Notes under the pieces: model-generated
The model's database searches: none
What the model was told of the DNA's origin: nothing
Seen by the model: the letters and a program-made list of their open reading frames with translations, nothing else
DNA from: Phoronis australis
Taxonomy: Eukaryota; Animalia; Phoronida
Length of the DNA: 64,000 nucleotides
NCBI GenBank assembly: GCA_002633005.1
Contig: NMRA01000543.1
Span: forward strand, 211,188-275,187
Reading direction: 5' to 3'
Position numbers and translations under genes: made by a program
Shown: positions 53,001-64,000 of the stretch, piece by piece
Layout of the letters: every line of letters starts with the position of its first letter
How positions within the stretch are numbered: the first letter of the stretch is position 1

Positions 53001-56000
53001 TAGCTGAAAATCTACTGCAACGTTCCAAAGTTTTTGCTGTAGGCTATCGGTGTCAGCTGACAGTTTTGTTATGAGTACTGTTCAGTATCAATTTTCAAAT
53101 ACCATAGCCTCGTTGCCAACTATAGGAGTGCAACCCTGTTCAAAGATAACTTAGCTGGAGAACTATTTTAATTTGCATTTGTCAGTGTATGATATTTAAG
53201 ATTAGTTTGTGCGTTTGCGATACAATGATAAGTGGCAATGGTAGACATCAGTTTTTACAGAATGAAGTGAAATAATAATTTCTAAAATAATACTGTCTTG
53301 CGTCAAATTATGAAAATTAATCATGTTTTTGTTTACAAACTTGGGAATGCTGCTGTAGATTTAAGTTGATGAGAAATTTTACAAAATTTCGTACAATTTT
53401 ACTTGTCTGTCATATTGTGTTGTTTATAATTGGGTGATGCCTTGTGTATGAAAAGTACCGAAAACTTTGGTTTTTCCTTAAAACCTTTATGGATAGTTGA
53501 TACAGCATAATGTTGTCCCTTCAGGTATGCTTAAACACAGCGAATTTAAACAATGCAGTTTTGTTATCACCAGCTCTACTCATACTCCATTGTGTTACTT
53601 CTTGATAACAATACAGTTTGTGCATTCTTCCTGATAAGAGCGTGACTTGTGTTTCATGAAAATCCTTGTTTTTATCGCGTGAAGCAAATAGTCATTGTAA
53701 ACTGGGGAAAATGCTGTTCTGGTAGATATTCTTAACTCATAGATGGCACGGTCCTCCTCATTATCAGACATGCAATTCTTTTTCTCACAAGTTACATTTC
53801 TTTTCTCATGCACCACAATTCCGTTCTTGTGAACACATTTCTTTCCTTATGAACTATACTTTTTTGCTTTCAGGATGCACAAGTTGCTCCTGCTCGGTGT
53901 ACCATGTGTTTGTCTGCATGGTACAATTTTTCAAATCTGTGTGTATCTTAGTACCGATTTAATCAGAGCGTGCATGCAATCTGGGGATGAGGATTGTCTA
54001 CTCGGTACTTTAAATTTTGCTGAGATCGATTACATTAACTTCACATTTTAATTTTATAAGTCCGATGATGATGTGTGTGTCTTAATTTCCAGAATTACGA
54101 CGACTTTTTCAATGCAGTGGAAGATGACATGCTTGAGGAATTTCTGCAGTTGGTTGATGCCAAACAGAAGTCTGTAGCACAACTTACAGTACAGGTGTGT
54201 GTATTACTAAGTCTTGTGTTCTGATTAGCCATGAGGGTAATTCTCAGAACGATGAGAATGCATGAGGGTGCCATGTGTGCCATAATGAGTGACTCATTAT
54301 TCACTAGGTGGTGTTTATTAAGAAGGGGTCCATTTTTACCTTTTACTCGGAATTGACCTATTGCCAGGAATTTGAGTGACGGCTTAACTGACCATATAGA
54401 ACTCATCATTCTTGACACACCTTCGTTTCCAAGCTGCCATTTTACCCGACAAACAACCTGTTGCCTAGTGTGTTAGTCGACATTACGCAAGGGGGCGGTG
54501 CTTGCGATAGGTCAAGTAGAGTGACATGTGGAAGCTGTTGAGTATTGTGGGGGTGTTGGTGGATTCCGTGCGAACTGAATAGAAAACTAGTTTCAGGTGT
54601 ACCACCTGGTGATGTTTGAGTTCCTCAGTGGTGAATAAGTCGATTGGACATATTTTGTGTAATTTGCGAAATCACACTTGTGGTCAGTCTACGGCTCTGT
54701 GAAGATTTGCGTGTGTGCAACTGGGCTGGGTGACATAGAAATTTATAAGATTGAGCATCACTGAATGTTGAATCTGACTTAGCAGGAAATAGAGTTTTGT
54801 TATTGTTGTCGGTCATTAGATTAGTTTGGTTTTGTGCCACCAGGCTGTGATCCAGTCCTGCTTGGGGTTGCAGGTTCGCTGTTTCTATAGGATTTGTCAG
54901 CCATTATTTTGCTTTAATCTATTCTCATAAAATTACACGTTCTCTGGCTGTATTTAGTAAGTTTACCTACTCTTCTTCTTAACAAATCTATTCGCCTAGT
55001 ATGAATCGTTTTGAGGAAAATTTATCGAACCAAAAAAGCTGTTTACTTTCTGTAAATTACAATGATATTGATGTTTGACCATTTGACATTTTGACTTAAA
55101 TTGTGGTTTTGATGTATGTTGTTCATAAGCAGATTCAGTGTTGCTCAGTGCAACATTTTTCGCTTAAATCTCTCTGTCCCTGCTGTTTCTCTTCACTGTA
55201 ACTGTCACTCTCGCAGAATAAGGTGGAGCCTGAAGAGAAGAAAGACGAAGAAAAAGAGGATGGCACGGTAACTGCACAAACTAGAACCACTGCCGCTTAC
55301 TTGTTTTGTCTCCCTCTGTTGTCCATAAGGCTAACTAGAACCCTCATTGGTAGCTGCTAATATGGTTCAGGTCCCCTCCTTGTGTTTTTGTCAGTGAACT
55401 AACGTCAGTTAGAACTGAAGCACCTTATACGAACAATTTTCCTGTTGAATCACCTAGTTATATGTACACTTAAAACACGAAAACTAGTCGAAGATATATA
55501 ATACTTGTGTGCCTTAGAACATAAAGTTAAACATCTCATGTCTTACAAGAAGTTTGCTACAGATTTTAGCCATAGTCTTTATAAATGTGTATAAGCAGTA
55601 TTTGGATTCATGGTGATTCCCCATCCACATATTAAAACCATTAAGCCAGTGAGTGTGCTTTAGCACCTGAGGTGACGGATCTAACCGTCATCTTGTTTCT
55701 CCGCTTTTGTTCCGCTGCATAAAAGTGTCTGATTGGCGCACAGACTTTGGGATTCGGTCATCACAGGTTTGATGCAAACGGTGATAATTCACTTTAAATC
55801 CATTTTTAACATTCAGTTGGTTATCCAGCTGTGGCTGTGTCCTGCTGCTGCAACCTTCTTGTAACAATATGCGATGTATTTCCATCAAGATCCCTTTTGG
55901 CTTTTGGGCACAACAAAATGTTAGTCGTGATAATTTCCTTCCAGTAAATTTAACTTGCGTTTTATATGCTCCAGAATTATCTAATTTCTGTCTTCTTCAA

Positions 56001-59000
56001 AATTGCACGTTCTTCTGTTTAGTTAATATTTGAAAAAACAAAATCAACTACAGGGCTACTTTTCCCTATGAAATCGATCTTTAACCTCCTTACCATAAGA
56101 TTTACGTAATACTTTACGATGACAACTATTCAGAACATTTAAGTGTCAAAATGCTTAACAGCTGGTAGGCTGTTTCAAACGTTTTCTGCTTAATTTCAGT
56201 TGCGAGGCGGCTTTCTTATAGCTCCAGTCAAATATCATGACATGGGAATTTTTAAGTCCAGTGTAATAAGCTTCAACTTGATGCTTGTGACTTAAAATAT
56301 GCCCGTCCGTTAACTCAATTCCTTGCACTCATTGACTCTTGATGAAGCACAAAATAAATATTTATTTTTTTTAAAGAAGTTATAGATTTTATCTTGTCTT
56401 GCTTTCAGTGTATATGTACCCCCCCCCCTCCCCCCGAATTTAATGCATTTGTTTGTTTTTTTTGCTGGACTAACTTTATTTATCGTCAAATCAGTTATAT
56501 TTTCTGTCATTGCAATGTACATGTTGTTTTGCTTTAGAAATGAGTTGCTTACAATGTGACTTGTGAACTGGTTGATGAAGAGTTTGATGCGTTTCTTTTA
56601 CAATGGCACGCGTTGCCTTTGAAGGAGACAATTGTCATTGTTGATAGTCGTCGTGTCTTCCATCAATTCATTGCAGATAATTGCGGCGAAGGAGGATGCT
56701 TTTCATCTCAGTTTGGACCAGATATTCATCAAATTTAACTCGTTTGATTTGCCACCTAAAATAACCACTATGATGGTATATGCAACGATTAACATGTTGT
56801 TATTTTGTTATTATTGTGTTATTATTGTGTTGTTATTTTGTTGGCTCATATCTGTTTGTTGCTAACACTTCTTTATGCTCTGTTTTTTCTTGTTGCAAAT
56901 ATTTGTGTTATGTTCAAGCTCTCATGTTTTCAATTTGTGGACAAATTGTGTGGAATAGTAAACCCCAGTTCACACAAAGCTGTTTATTTCTGTCGCATTA
57001 AGGTCATCTGTTATGTGATATGCAATGTGTGGATGTCATGGTTTGGCATTGAAAATTACTGAAATTTTAGACTTAAATAACAAAATTCTACGTACTAACA
57101 TAAGGTTTTTCCAATTTGCTTTGGTGTCCGTTATGGCAAAACTGATTCTGAGTCCTTGACCATCAGACTTCACTTGAGACTTATTATTTAACCAATCATA
57201 TTGCTTGGAACGTAAAGTTTTCTTGAGGCTTGCAATGCAATTGGTCAATTTTCTGGTTACATCTCTGTAACGTTTAGCCTTCTTGGGCCCTGTTATCTCA
57301 CGTGTTCTCGGACGACCTTTTGCGTGTAGTTGTGGAAACCCTGTAGTGTTGTGCATTTGATGTAAGGTTTTGAATTATAGGACGAGGAGGTTCAAGCAGA
57401 AAATGCGACGATGTCGGAGTCACAGCCGTCTGCGGAGTCGACTAAAGAGGAATCTGCCGAGGTACTCTCACATGCATCCTGATCGCGTCTAACCTGCACG
57501 ATGAATGCGCTTTGTGTAACATAATGATCTTCGTAATATGCGGTTCAATTGTAACAACAAGTCTTTTGTTTTGAGTATCCTTTACAGGTCACAGAACTCG
57601 TGTTTGGGATGAAAGCAGTTTGCCTTGCATTTGATATCTGCATGCACAAGTTTTGTCCTTTCAAGGAGTAAATACTGCCTTGGTTTAATAGCATGCAAAA
57701 GTAGTTAAAAATGACAAAGTATTTCTTGTTGACTAGCTTCATGGCGATTCCCTCAAATTCGTGGTGTTTGCATATTTCGTCGGGTGTCCCATACAGCAAA
57801 TATACATTTTGAGACTGTGTATACCTACACACATGAGGATTTGTATGTATAGCATTAGTTAGGGCAAGGTCTTCATCATACTGTAATTAGTGGACATAAT
57901 CGTACAAGATGTGCTGCTGTGGAATTATGCTCGCGCTATTCAATGTATTAAGATCTGTTTGTTGGTCGCTGCATTTCTTTGAATTTGCTGGGCTAGACAC
58001 CTTCACATTGTGTTTGTAAATGTCTGAGGAATTCTTTTCTTGACGTCTCTTGCCCCTATTGATCATTATCGTGGTCAACACGCTTTCACCTTGACCCTTG
58101 GGGTCTTACTGATAAGCTTCAATCTGGCTGCTTAGGATTCCAATTCAGCCTCAGCCACTTCGACTACGGTTTCAAGACAGGTCACGCGAATGGTAAAAAT
58201 TGCTGACACTACGAGTATGTTTTCTGCATACTCGCCAAGAAGTGTGACTGAGAGTTCACGGAGTTCGGTGTCTAGTAAGCCCAAGTCTGACTTGAGTGAC
58301 AAAAGTGCCGACACGTCTTACTATACAGTAAAACGAGAAACCAGCACAGCCATGTCTGTAGTTCTCACAGCTAGTAGCAAGGTAGGGTTTTGCACACTAC
58401 GGATTTTATTCTGAAACATTTGGTCGTTAGGTTCTTCGTTAAAAACTAATCCGAGTAGTCGAAGCTGCAGTGATCTGTTTTGCAATCTGGTGCGTGGTTG
58501 ACTCCTTTTCATGCTGTCAATCCTTGCTATAGTTTCGTAGTTCTAAGCTGTAATTGAATAGATTATAAAAAGATGGGTGTTTGTACATTCTGTTCTACTG
58601 TTTACTGCAAAAGTTATGAAAGAAAATTTTAAGAGTGACTCAATTTCTGGCAGTTTACTTGCACCAAAAAGCTTTTGTTAAGAACTTAGAGGTGTTGTTG
58701 CCGCTCTTCAACGTTGGTTCTCATCGCTGGAGAATACGACAGCTCACAATGGTTGTATTTATCTCTCTGAGGAAGCTAACCCAACGTCAAGTCGTGTGAC
58801 TGAAAACAGTTCGTCGTCCATGACAACATACAAAACGGCGCAGGAACTGTCGTTCTATACCAATCAACTCAGTGAAGAGGTACTATTCATTTCAGCTCGG
58901 TTTGTTTCTGTTCTCTTGGCACCAGTTGGTGTCTTGTTGGCATTGCATTCCTGCTGATCAGTTGTGTTGTTGATCAAATGTTATTGTTGGTTTAATATTC

Positions 59001-62000
59001 GACAGTTCTCGTTGAGGAAATTTTGGTTCTGCATGGCTGTTGAAGACTTAAAATATGCTCGACATTATAACGATTTACTCACAGAAACCACTATTTCTGT
59101 TTTTTACACCTTTCAGGCCATAGGTCGATGACCTGAAATAGTTATTGTATTGTTTTTGTCAAAAATTTGTTTCCTGTCGTAGGTTTTTTTACTGTCTTGT
59201 CGCCTAGAACAAAAAGTGACCCCTTAATTCTTGGCTAGGAATGTCATTCTACAGCACAATTTTAACAGGGTGTGAACCTGAGATTTTTTGCTAAAAATTT
59301 AAATTGTATAGTGGATCGGAATCCACTGAGGTATCTCCCAAACAGAATATTGATTGGTCAGTGGAGAAGTAAGGATGATTTTCTTAGGGATGTTTTGCTA
59401 GAGCTTGAGAGTAGTGGTCCAGGTTGTGTCCAGAATAGCATGTATTGACTGACAGCTTGTGCAGGACCAGAATTTTGCATTGCTTGTGTTTATATGCTAC
59501 CTTTAAAGTTGCATGTAGACACTTGAAATGTACTAGTTTGCACCTTGTTCTTGACATTAACATTATTTCACTTTGTCAATGTAAGAGGTAATGGTTGTTA
59601 ACATTACAGTAGCTAGTCTACTAGACAAAGTTCATTCATCTATCAATAGATGACTGTACTGTTTGTTATAAAGAATGCGGATTGGCTGTCCTAATCCTCT
59701 CTCTCTTAGTGGCTTCTTTTGATTGGTTGATTTCACCAGTTCCATCCGGGTCAACAGCCAAAGACATCTGATTGGTACATAAGCTGGAAGTCATCATCAA
59801 AAATCAATCGAATGTCGTATCTGAACGAATGAAGTCAATCGAATGCAGCCATAGTAACAAGAATACGCATGTGAGATGTACATTGCATTTCTGTATACAA
59901 CTGAATATTGCTGGTAGTCAAGACCTCGTGGCTTCAGACCTGTATCTGTCCACAGCATTGTCAAGCACTGCAAATTCTAATTTCTAGGCATCATTTCCCA
60001 AAGGAAAGAAGTTCTTTCAATTGTCTATGCTTTATTTTTTGTGAAGTGTATTTTCTCGATGCCCTTTTGAAATGCAAGTCGTCATCTGTGCGAGGGTGTA
60101 ATACACATTTTGGGTACATAAAAACAACCATGTTCATGAAAATTGATTTTCCGTTGTGGCAGAATTTGTCCATTATGGTGCAGAAGTGATTCATTTGATA
60201 GTAACTTGGTATATTGAATTCATGATTTGATGAAGGTAACCATGTTGTGTGAGCGGCTGTTTGACTTATTTAGGACACAGTAACTGAAGAAACTGAAGAC
60301 ACATCTGCAGACAAGACAACTGAGGTATACTAGGCATGTTTGCTGTTTGACTCAGTTCTGTACTAACAGCAGATGAGATTTGCAGTTTAAAGGATGCAGA
60401 ACAAAAGTAATGGGACAAAACACAATGGCCCCATCACTACGGCAACTAACGGTTGTAATTCTCTTAATTTTGCTCTGATTAGCACACAATATGGCTGACA
60501 AGTGAAACTCAAAGAAAAATTTAGTCTATTATTAGCATGGTTTGTACTGTGTACATGCCATCATACAGCAACTTATGGTAAATTTTCTACTATTTGTAGC
60601 GAAGTAATCGGTATTTGAAAATCAAAACAATTACAATTTTGCCAATTTGTACGAAATAAGTGGAGAATTCCGTAATTATGTTAACCACAAAAATGACTGG
60701 TACTGACCATTATATTGGCGAAATACGAATTACAGAATGGCTTGGCCATGTTCTTGGTAATTCGCCTTCATTGTCGATCATGAGGTAAGCTGGTGAATGT
60801 GACGATCAATTCAGCTTCAGCCTAGCCGTCATGATGGGGAATGCCAGGTCATTTTGTCTGGATACTTTTACTGTAGCTCTTGATCTGACCTTTAAGCAAC
60901 CCTCGTGCGGGAAATGTTGGACACTGGCAGCAACACCTGCAGTGAAACCTGTTAAAGATACTTGATTGTGATTTCCATCTTGGGGTTTCGTAAAGTCTTC
61001 AATGATTTTATTGTCAAAAACTTGGACTTTACCTCTTGGTACAACGTGTAACTTACTAATAGATAATTCTTATAAAGTGTTGCTGTTGAAGACTGAACCC
61101 AATATGGTGAACTAAACTGTCTAGTTCTATGACTGAACACTAGATGGTGTTACTAGCTGACACTTTGTGCAGGTGTACTAATCTAACAACATTGTATCTC
61201 CATCAACTACTGTCTTTGACCTCTCAGAGCTGGGTTCCTAGAAGGCCGGAACTGTTGGACCTTGATAATTTATCAGATCTTTTGACAAAAGCCTGTAAAG
61301 TTGGCTCTCAACAGAAAAATAGAATAATACAAGAGTTTGCCTGTATTAACTAAATTCTGTTGAATTAATCTGGATTGTATAATACTTTAGTTTTTTATGT
61401 TGCTATAGGAACTGACGGCTGATAAATCTGCAGAGGATCAAGTTAATGATGACTCGGAGGTAGTTGATTAGCATGGTGTGAAACCTAGCATGTACGGCAA
61501 GTGTAATACTGGACTGGTTGTAAAATTTAATGCTGCGTTCACATGACATTATTTATGGGGAGGCAGATAGGATGCTTTAGACCGATGTTCTTTTTTCACA
61601 AGGGCATGCTATTTGACATCTTACAAGTAAATTAAGGTTTTGCCATGATCTTTAAATTACTAAAGATATTCTGGCCTATCGCAGTCATCATAGATGAACA
61701 GAGCCTGACCACAAATTGCAATAAAATTGCTCCAGTTTGGGTCACAATATGGCTGACGAGTGAAATTTTATTCTTTTATTGTAGTGTCTCACAAATGACG
61801 TATCATTTAAGATATACACCATGGCTACCATTCATTAAGCAATGTTTCTAGCGTCTATTCAGAATAATGTTACAGGCCTTTGAAAAAGGAAAATTTTTGG
61901 CAATTAGTTTTGTCTGAAGTTGGTTAGATTTGGCTTAATTTTTTGGAATGTAGTGTTTTCGTGGTAAGAAAGGAGGTTTGGTTATAGATGGAAAGAAGGC

Positions 62001-62314
62001 AGATCGAATGTCTGACTAGAGTTCATGTGTGAAATGTTTCTCAGGTTGTGGATCTGCACGCTGATCTGATGGCCTGTGAATTCTGTGTAAAGCGGCATTG
62101 CTATGATTCCTAATACGAGGCCTATCTCTGACTTAATCACTTGTGTTAGGACAGCACTAATCCAGTTGTTCACCCTCTGATGTTCAAAGCCTGCATGATT
62201 TCAGTACATAAGAAAAAGTAACAGTACTTACACTAAATTTTAAAAGTTATTCTTGCTCATTAGGAACTATCGTCTGAGGAACCCGACTTAGAAAAGAGTG
62301 AATCCAAACCCGAG
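50040..62314 (+). CDS. SH3BGR: SH3BGR-family (SH3-binding glutamic-acid-rich, thioredoxin-like fold) protein with a long acidic/Ser-Thr tail; may continue beyond the window
   Basis: Core exons 50040-50087 (MASIQLFMSRVSGSGK), 52252-52422 (VKMEQAKMKNVLESKKIDYEEVDISSDEDQRNFMKE..LVPQLFKDGQYIG), 54093-54194 (NYDDFFNAVEDDMLEEFLQL) give the SH3BGR domain. Further phase-0 tail exons: 55217-55267, 57381-57461, 58136-58381, 58772-58879 (weak GAG acceptor), 60274-60324, 61409-61459, 62264-62314. Core is confident, tail exons less so. Confidence 0.85.
51590..51673 (+). repeat. Three copies of a 27-bp unit GACGGGGAATTCCGGGTCATTTTGTCT, inside a dispersed repeat
   Basis: Three tandem units; single diverged units with the same GGCTTCCACCCAG-like upstream context occur at about 22400-22450 and 60810-60860. 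Confidence 0.8.
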
Positions 62315-62761
62315 GTATAGCTGCATGGAGTGACATTTGAGTTTCATGCTTAATATAATGAGAACTGTGAAACTTGGCACTTAGGTATTTACATGAAGTG
62401 CTAGCTTAGTTTCTTTTTCATGTTGAGTTACGTTTAGGAGATGTATGTGGCTGTTGGAGATTTTAATTTAGATAATTGTCCTTTTTATCACCCGATTATT
62501 ATTAAAATGTCACTTTTAAGACACAAAATGGCACTCAAGTGATTTTTTTAATTTTCCCCATGAAAAATATTTAGGAGTAAAATAACATTGTGTTCAAGGT
62601 TTGTGTCCTAGCTAATACCAGACAATACTTTGAAAAAGACCGTGATTCACAAGATTGTTAGAAGCTTTTGAACAGTGAAAAAATGCTGATTTTGTTTGAA
62701 ATTGGTGAGATTTAACTGTTATTTACATTCATTTTAGTAAAAGTATAACGTTTCTTATCAG

Positions 62762-62833
62762 GAATCTGACACAGAAAAAAATGACTCAAAACCTGAGTAT
62801 ATCATTGCATGGAGTGACACTAACTTTTTGTGA
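62762..62833 (+). CDS. Duplicated SH3BGR tail exon with altered donor; candidate terminal exon (ESDTEKNDSKPEYIIAWSDTNFL*) or pseudo-exon
   Basis: TATCAG acceptor; similar to the 3' part of exon 62264-62314 (EPDLEKSESKPE) and to its downstream intron (TGCATGGAGTGACA); reads GAGTATA instead of GAG|GTATA; TGA at 62831, AATAAA at 62871. Confidence 0.5.
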   Translation, partial: ESDTEKNDSKPEYIIAWSDTNFL

Positions 62834-63106
62834 AGTTTCACGCTTAATTGTATGATTAGATTTTTCTCTGAATAAACAACAAGCATGCTTGGTTTGATAC
62901 TGTTGTAGGTTTCAAAAACTTGTTGGTCAACTAATATTAAATTTAATCATTAATGCAGCTTTTATACTGCCTTCCATTAGAAAACTTTTGATTTATACTA
63001 CTGAGCATTATAAGTCTAGCTCAAGTCGTATTGCTAAGGAGCCTAGTGATGGATGAAAGCTAAAAAATGCTGCATTTTTCAAAGAGTAGGGTGAAGATTT
63101 GTGCAC

Positions 63107-63248
63107 AAAGGCAATATGTGCTTACTATACTACCTCAGTAACTGAGTTGGTATATCCTTCTGACCGACCTGTCATAAAGGTAATATGTGCTTACTATACT
63201 ACCTCAGTAACTGAGTTGGTATACCCTTCTGACCGACCTGTCATAAAG
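63107..63248 (+). repeat. 69-bp tandem duplication (two copies)
   Basis: AAAGG(C/T)AATATGTGCTTACTATACTACCTCAGTAACTGAGTTGGTATA(T/C)CCTTCTGACCGACCTGTCAT twice, no N at the junction. Confidence 0.9.
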
Positions 63249-64000
63249 TTAATTACACTGCCTAGCTGTTTTATTAATAGAAATGGTTCAGCAATAATTT
63301 TTAAAATCAGAGGTCAGTTTCCTTGTTTTGTGAATTCATGGAGAAAATTTGTGTAAAAGCAAAACTCAGGGGCGGGAGTCCTTACATATATTTATTTAGT
63401 AAATTCATAGAATCCAATTTCCCTGTTCAGATAAGCTGAGTGCAGCCTGAGAGTAGTTTATAGGTGATTGATGTTGTGAGTGTGACAGAGCTAATTATTG
63501 TGAGGTGTGTGAAATTGTTCATTCCAAGCCTAGGCATTACTTATCCGTTTCTTTGATAGAAACTAGCATGATCTGGATAAATGATAAGATAGATCTCAAT
63601 TGATGGCTCAGAGGTCACTACTGTATGTAATAGCACCAGCATGACGCTTTTAGGGCTCTCACTAACGTTCGTCCTTTGGAAATTGAGATATGTATAGGTT
63701 CAGGTCAAATACTCATTTCTGAGTGAATATTCTGTAATTTATGATTACTTTGTTTTGAAATTCCAGCAGTCTGTTTCATCGAAGGTGACTTTAATACTTG
63801 ATTCTGAAATTTGGTGGTCTTGCGCTCCCACTTCCAATTTGGTGACTAACAGTTTAGTCAAATAACTATGGAAACATCACAAGTCTCGAAAAAAATCATA
63901 GTTATTATTAAATCTCAGTATTAACTGTTTCGTGTATATTCTCAGCCTAAGAGTTTGTGGTTTTGTTCAAGTGAGTTTTAATTATTTGCTAGAAAAAGTT

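Overview
AT-rich, intron-rich eukaryotic (invertebrate metazoan-like) genomic DNA. Six spliced protein-coding genes can be rebuilt by hand from GT-AG junctions with consistent phases: CCDC81 (minus, 562-15798), RPF2 (plus, 16367-25862), an ankyrin-repeat/SOCS-box gene (minus, main exon 26222-27276), GET1/WRB (plus, 29312-35588), a lebercilin LCA5/LCA5L gene (minus, 39894-46980, upstream exon near 48942-48965) and an SH3BGR-family gene (plus, from 50040, possibly running past the window end). The genes form three head-to-head pairs. Notable points: the GET1(+)/LCA5-like(-)/SH3BGR(+) block matches the order and orientation I recall for human chr21q22; the SH3BGR acidic tail is built from duplicated phase-0 micro-exons followed by (T)GCATG motifs; there are candidate alternative exons in CCDC81 and GET1; the 5' ends of the ASB and GET1 genes may interleave; and a long-TIR foldback element with 9-bp target duplications has a 95-bp derivative. 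Three near-identical tandem duplications each joined by a single N are most likely assembly artefacts. All homology calls are from recognition of the translated sequence; no searches were run.
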